Below are positions 20,140 through 22,190 of a DNA stretch of 22,190 bases, one piece after another. The DNA is from Bdellovibrionota bacterium FG-2 (GTDB lineage Bacteria > Bdellovibrionota > UBA1018): contig JBBCAV010000036.1 of NCBI GenBank assembly GCA_051382305.1, positions 1-22,190 of the forward strand, written 5' to 3'. The notes beneath the pieces were generated by a model that did no database searches, was not told where the DNA came from, and was given only the letters and a program-made list of their open reading frames with translations. Position numbers and translations under genes: made by a program. Position 1 is the stretch's first letter. Each line of letters begins with the position of its first letter.

Positions 20140-20282
20140 ATCTTGGTGTCAGTTCGACTCTGATTGCTGCTGGATTTTCTTTTTTGGAATTTGTGGATTT
20201 CGAAATATTGCGTTATTACGTCGACTTGAGTTTGGTCCTGTTTTTTCTAAATGCCCTCGTATCTAATAGGAGCCCTGAATTT

Positions 20283-21134
20283 ATGAAAATTTCAAAACTT
20301 ATTTTGGCGACGGTCTTGTTGGGAGTTGTAGGATTAACGGGTTGTAACGATCTACAGCTAGATCGTTATGTCGAGCAAGTGGTGGATTTGAAGTTCGCTA
20401 AAACAACGGAGGCCAGTTTTCAAGGGGTTCTAAGTTTCATGGAAACGACCTATTTTACCTCTTATCGGAGAGTTTGCAGCACTGCTGTTTGTGGGTATGA
20501 TTGGGATTACCGTTGTTATTATGAGACTCGCTGCGATTCAGTTGTTGACGTTCAGGTGAGCGATGCCGGTGGCAATGAGCGTCCTCGTGAGTATGAGCGC
20601 GGCGGCGGACATCCTGGAGAAGGGCATCACGGCGGAGGGCACCCTGGCGAGGGCCACCCTTCTTGTCACTCTCATCAGGTTTGTCAAAACGTGATGGTGC
20701 CTCGGTACTGTGAAGTTGATTGTCATGATGTTCCTTATCAAGATAGCTCCGATCAGTATTTCCCTTCACGAGTTTTCGTGAAACTTGAAGGTATTAGCGC
20801 AGCGGAGGTTGGCACCGTTAATGAGCTGCAATTCGGCGCCAATACCAATGCGAGTTTCCATGCAGATGTCCACAATGCGCAGAAGCTACCTAAGAAGCTC
20901 AGGGCTTCTTTCGCGGATCTTTCCATTGCCGATCAGACGCTGCTCGTGATGAAGGCCAAAGGCTTCAAGATGGTGAGTGATACGGGTTTCTTGAAGTTGC
21001 CCGCAGATTTTAAACGGGGCGATGACGTGAGCATCACGATTCAAGTCGAAAAGACGGGCAATTCGGACGTTGTGGTTTCCTCAATGGGCACCACGGCTGA
21101 ACTTCCGGTGTTGCATACCTCAGTGAATCAGTAA
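20283..21134 (+). CDS. Uncharacterised lipoprotein with an 8-Cys region and a His/Gly-rich loop
   Basis: AGGAG RBS before ATG 20283; signal MKISKLILATVLLGVVGLTG|C with an LTGC lipobox. The track start at 20133 is probably an over-extension. Confidence 0.85.
   Translation: MKISKLILATVLLGVVGLTGCNDLQLDRYVEQVVDLKFAKTTEASFQGVLSFMETTYFTSYRRVCSTAVCGYDWDYRCYYETRCDSVVDVQVSDAGGNERPREYERGGGHPGEGHHGGGHPGEGHPSCHSHQVCQNVMVPRYCEVDCHDVPYQDSSDQYFPSRVFVKLEGISAAEVGTVNELQFGANTNASFHADVHNAQKLPKKLRASFADLSIADQTLLVMKAKGFKMVSDTGFLKLPADFKRGDDVSITIQVEKTGNSDVVVSSMGTTAELPVLHTSVNQ
20601..20660 (+). repeat. Two in-frame 30-nt tandem repeat units (GGGHPGEGHH / GGGHPGEGHP)
   Basis: ggcggcggacatcctggagaagggcatcac followed by ggcggagggcaccctggcgagggccaccct. 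Confidence 0.9.
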
Positions 21135-21150
21135 AAACGGGTCTATTTAG

Positions 21151-21177
21151 GTGTGCCTAGCGAGGCGCTAGGCACAC
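21151..21177. terminator. Stem-loop between convergent genes, probable terminator
   Basis: Perfect 12-bp inverted repeat GTGTGCCTAGCG-agg-CGCTAGGCACAC. There is no strong U tract on either side. Confidence 0.65.
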
Positions 21178-21182
21178 GAATG

Positions 21183-21527
21183 TTACTGCATCAAAAGAGG
21201 CTGGCTGGTGGCTTGAGGGCGCTCAAAAGAGACAAGCTCGTTGGCGATCTTCGCTTGGATGTAACCTGAGTAGGTTCCGTCTCCGTGGCGAATGATTTCT
21301 TTAAGAAGATCCACAGAAGGTTGGGTGCTGGTTTTACGCTCTGTTTCGAACATGAGCTGAGTCAGCGTGGTCGCTGTGATGTCATTCTTCGTTTTGTTGC
21401 AGATGACCTTGATGTCTCTGCCAGATTTGATCGACTTGCTCAAATCGACGAGCGTGACGTAGACAGACTCTTCGGTGTCGTAAAGTTTGCGGTTCTGATA
21501 GCGTTTAATGATTTTAGCCTCGGTCAT
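21183..21527 (-). CDS. PhaR-like (PHB_acc_N) DNA-binding domain protein
   Basis: IIKRYQNRKLYDT..S.YVTL..L...I..G....V......DIT..TL.Q; AAAGGGG RBS. Confidence 0.9.
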   Translation of the reverse strand: MTEAKIIKRYQNRKLYDTEESVYVTLVDLSKSIKSGRDIKVICNKTKNDITATTLTQLMFETERKTSTQPSVDLLKEIIRHGDGTYSGYIQAKIANELVSFERPQATSQPLLMQ

Positions 21528-21692
21528 GAAATCCCCTTTCGATATTAGGTCTGTTGTTATCGCTCAAGAGGGCGTGGTGAGCAAGTGGGAATTCTGTAAT
21601 TTTACTGCGCGGTGCAAAAACTTTGACTGAGTATGGCATTTAGTAATTGTATTTCCTCCAAAACAAGGAAGAATGTACTTCAGAGTACAATA

Positions 21693-22082
21693 ATGCCTTT
21701 GGCAAAAAAGACGATTCTCATTGTTGATGACGAAAAGGATCTTCGGGAGCTTGTGGGATGCATTCTTCAAGATAAAATCTCCGGGCTTGAGATCGCGGAG
21801 GCGGATAATGGGATTGAGGCCATTTCAAAGATAGAAAATCAGGTATTTGACCTGCTCATTACGGATGTGCGAATGCCCGGAATGGATGGTCAAAGACTTC
21901 TTGGCGCCATAGCCGAATTACCCGGTCCACAAAGACCTAAAGCAGTGATCGTGATTGCTGCCCAAGGAAATCCTCAGGCGGTGAGTCATTTTGGTTCATG
22001 TACCTTCATTTCTAAGACTTTAGACTCCGCTACCTTTGTCTCTCTTGTCCGGGATAAGCTGGGCAGGTCGTCCCTCGGTTAG
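21693..22082 (+). CDS. Orphan single-domain response regulator
   Basis: ILIVDDE, A.NG.EA, DLLITDVRMPGMDG. The start is likely ATG 21693 or TTG 21699 rather than 21633. Confidence 0.85.
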   Translation: MPLAKKTILIVDDEKDLRELVGCILQDKISGLEIAEADNGIEAISKIENQVFDLLITDVRMPGMDGQRLLGAIAELPGPQRPKAVIVIAAQGNPQAVSHFGSCTFISKTLDSATFVSLVRDKLGRSSLG

Positions 22083-22096
22083 TTGAAATTTAAAGT

Positions 22097-22190
22097 TGAG
22101 TGGTTCACTCTCTCGGTTACGCAGCCAAAGAGAACTAACCCGCCGGAAACCCGGCAAGGAAAGGAACCACTCATGTCTCAACTACACATC
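22097..22190 (+). other. Structured leader and start of a truncated ORF (MSQLHI...), possibly the left end of an IS and its transposase
   Basis: TGAGTGGTTC (22097-22106) pairs with GAACCACTCA (22164-22173), covering part of the SD and the A of ATG 22173. Inner stems: GGTTA/TAACC and GCCGG/CCGGC. Confidence 0.45.

Noticed and set aside
20133..20282. 50-aa N-terminal extension of the lipoprotein
   Set aside because: ATG 20283 has an AGGAG RBS and a proper signal peptide with lipobox. The upstream stretch is AT-rich and looks intergenic.
21633..21650. TGGCAT...TTGT as a sigma-54 promoter
   Set aside because: The spacing does not fit GG-N10-GC.

Overview
A ~50% GC bacterial chromosomal segment read in genetic code 11. 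Gene content suggests a Bdellovibrionota/Oligoflexia-like or related delta-group organism, but that assignment is inference only. Intact genes: a minus-strand operon (PP2C phosphatase, M23 peptidase, secA, acidic protein with a YbjQ-like C-terminus), a divergent prkA(yeaG)-yeaH(DUF444)-spoVR(ycgB) operon, an SPFH gene coupled to a 66-aa membrane protein, a multi-TM Cache/PAS histidine kinase with its receiver, a DUF4189-like secreted protein, a Cys-ladder/His-loop lipoprotein, a PhaR-like regulator and an orphan receiver. The ORF track hides substantial gene decay. (1) The RND permease has an apparently lost GTG start, an internal TGA, and is cut by the right end of an IS200/IS605 element at 1-125. 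(2) A YD-like exported protein has a frameshift and an internal TGA. (3) An M42 aminopeptidase has a large out-of-frame internal deletion. The window ends in a structured leader that sequesters an RBS and may be the left end of a second IS. The RND adaptor lacks the alpha-helical hairpin, like Borrelia BesA. I see no CRISPR array, tRNA or rRNA, and no confidently novel multi-gene system. The best leads are the disulfide-ladder His-loop lipoprotein, the hairpin-less adaptor, the phosphatase/PrkA divergon and the concentration of pseudogenes.
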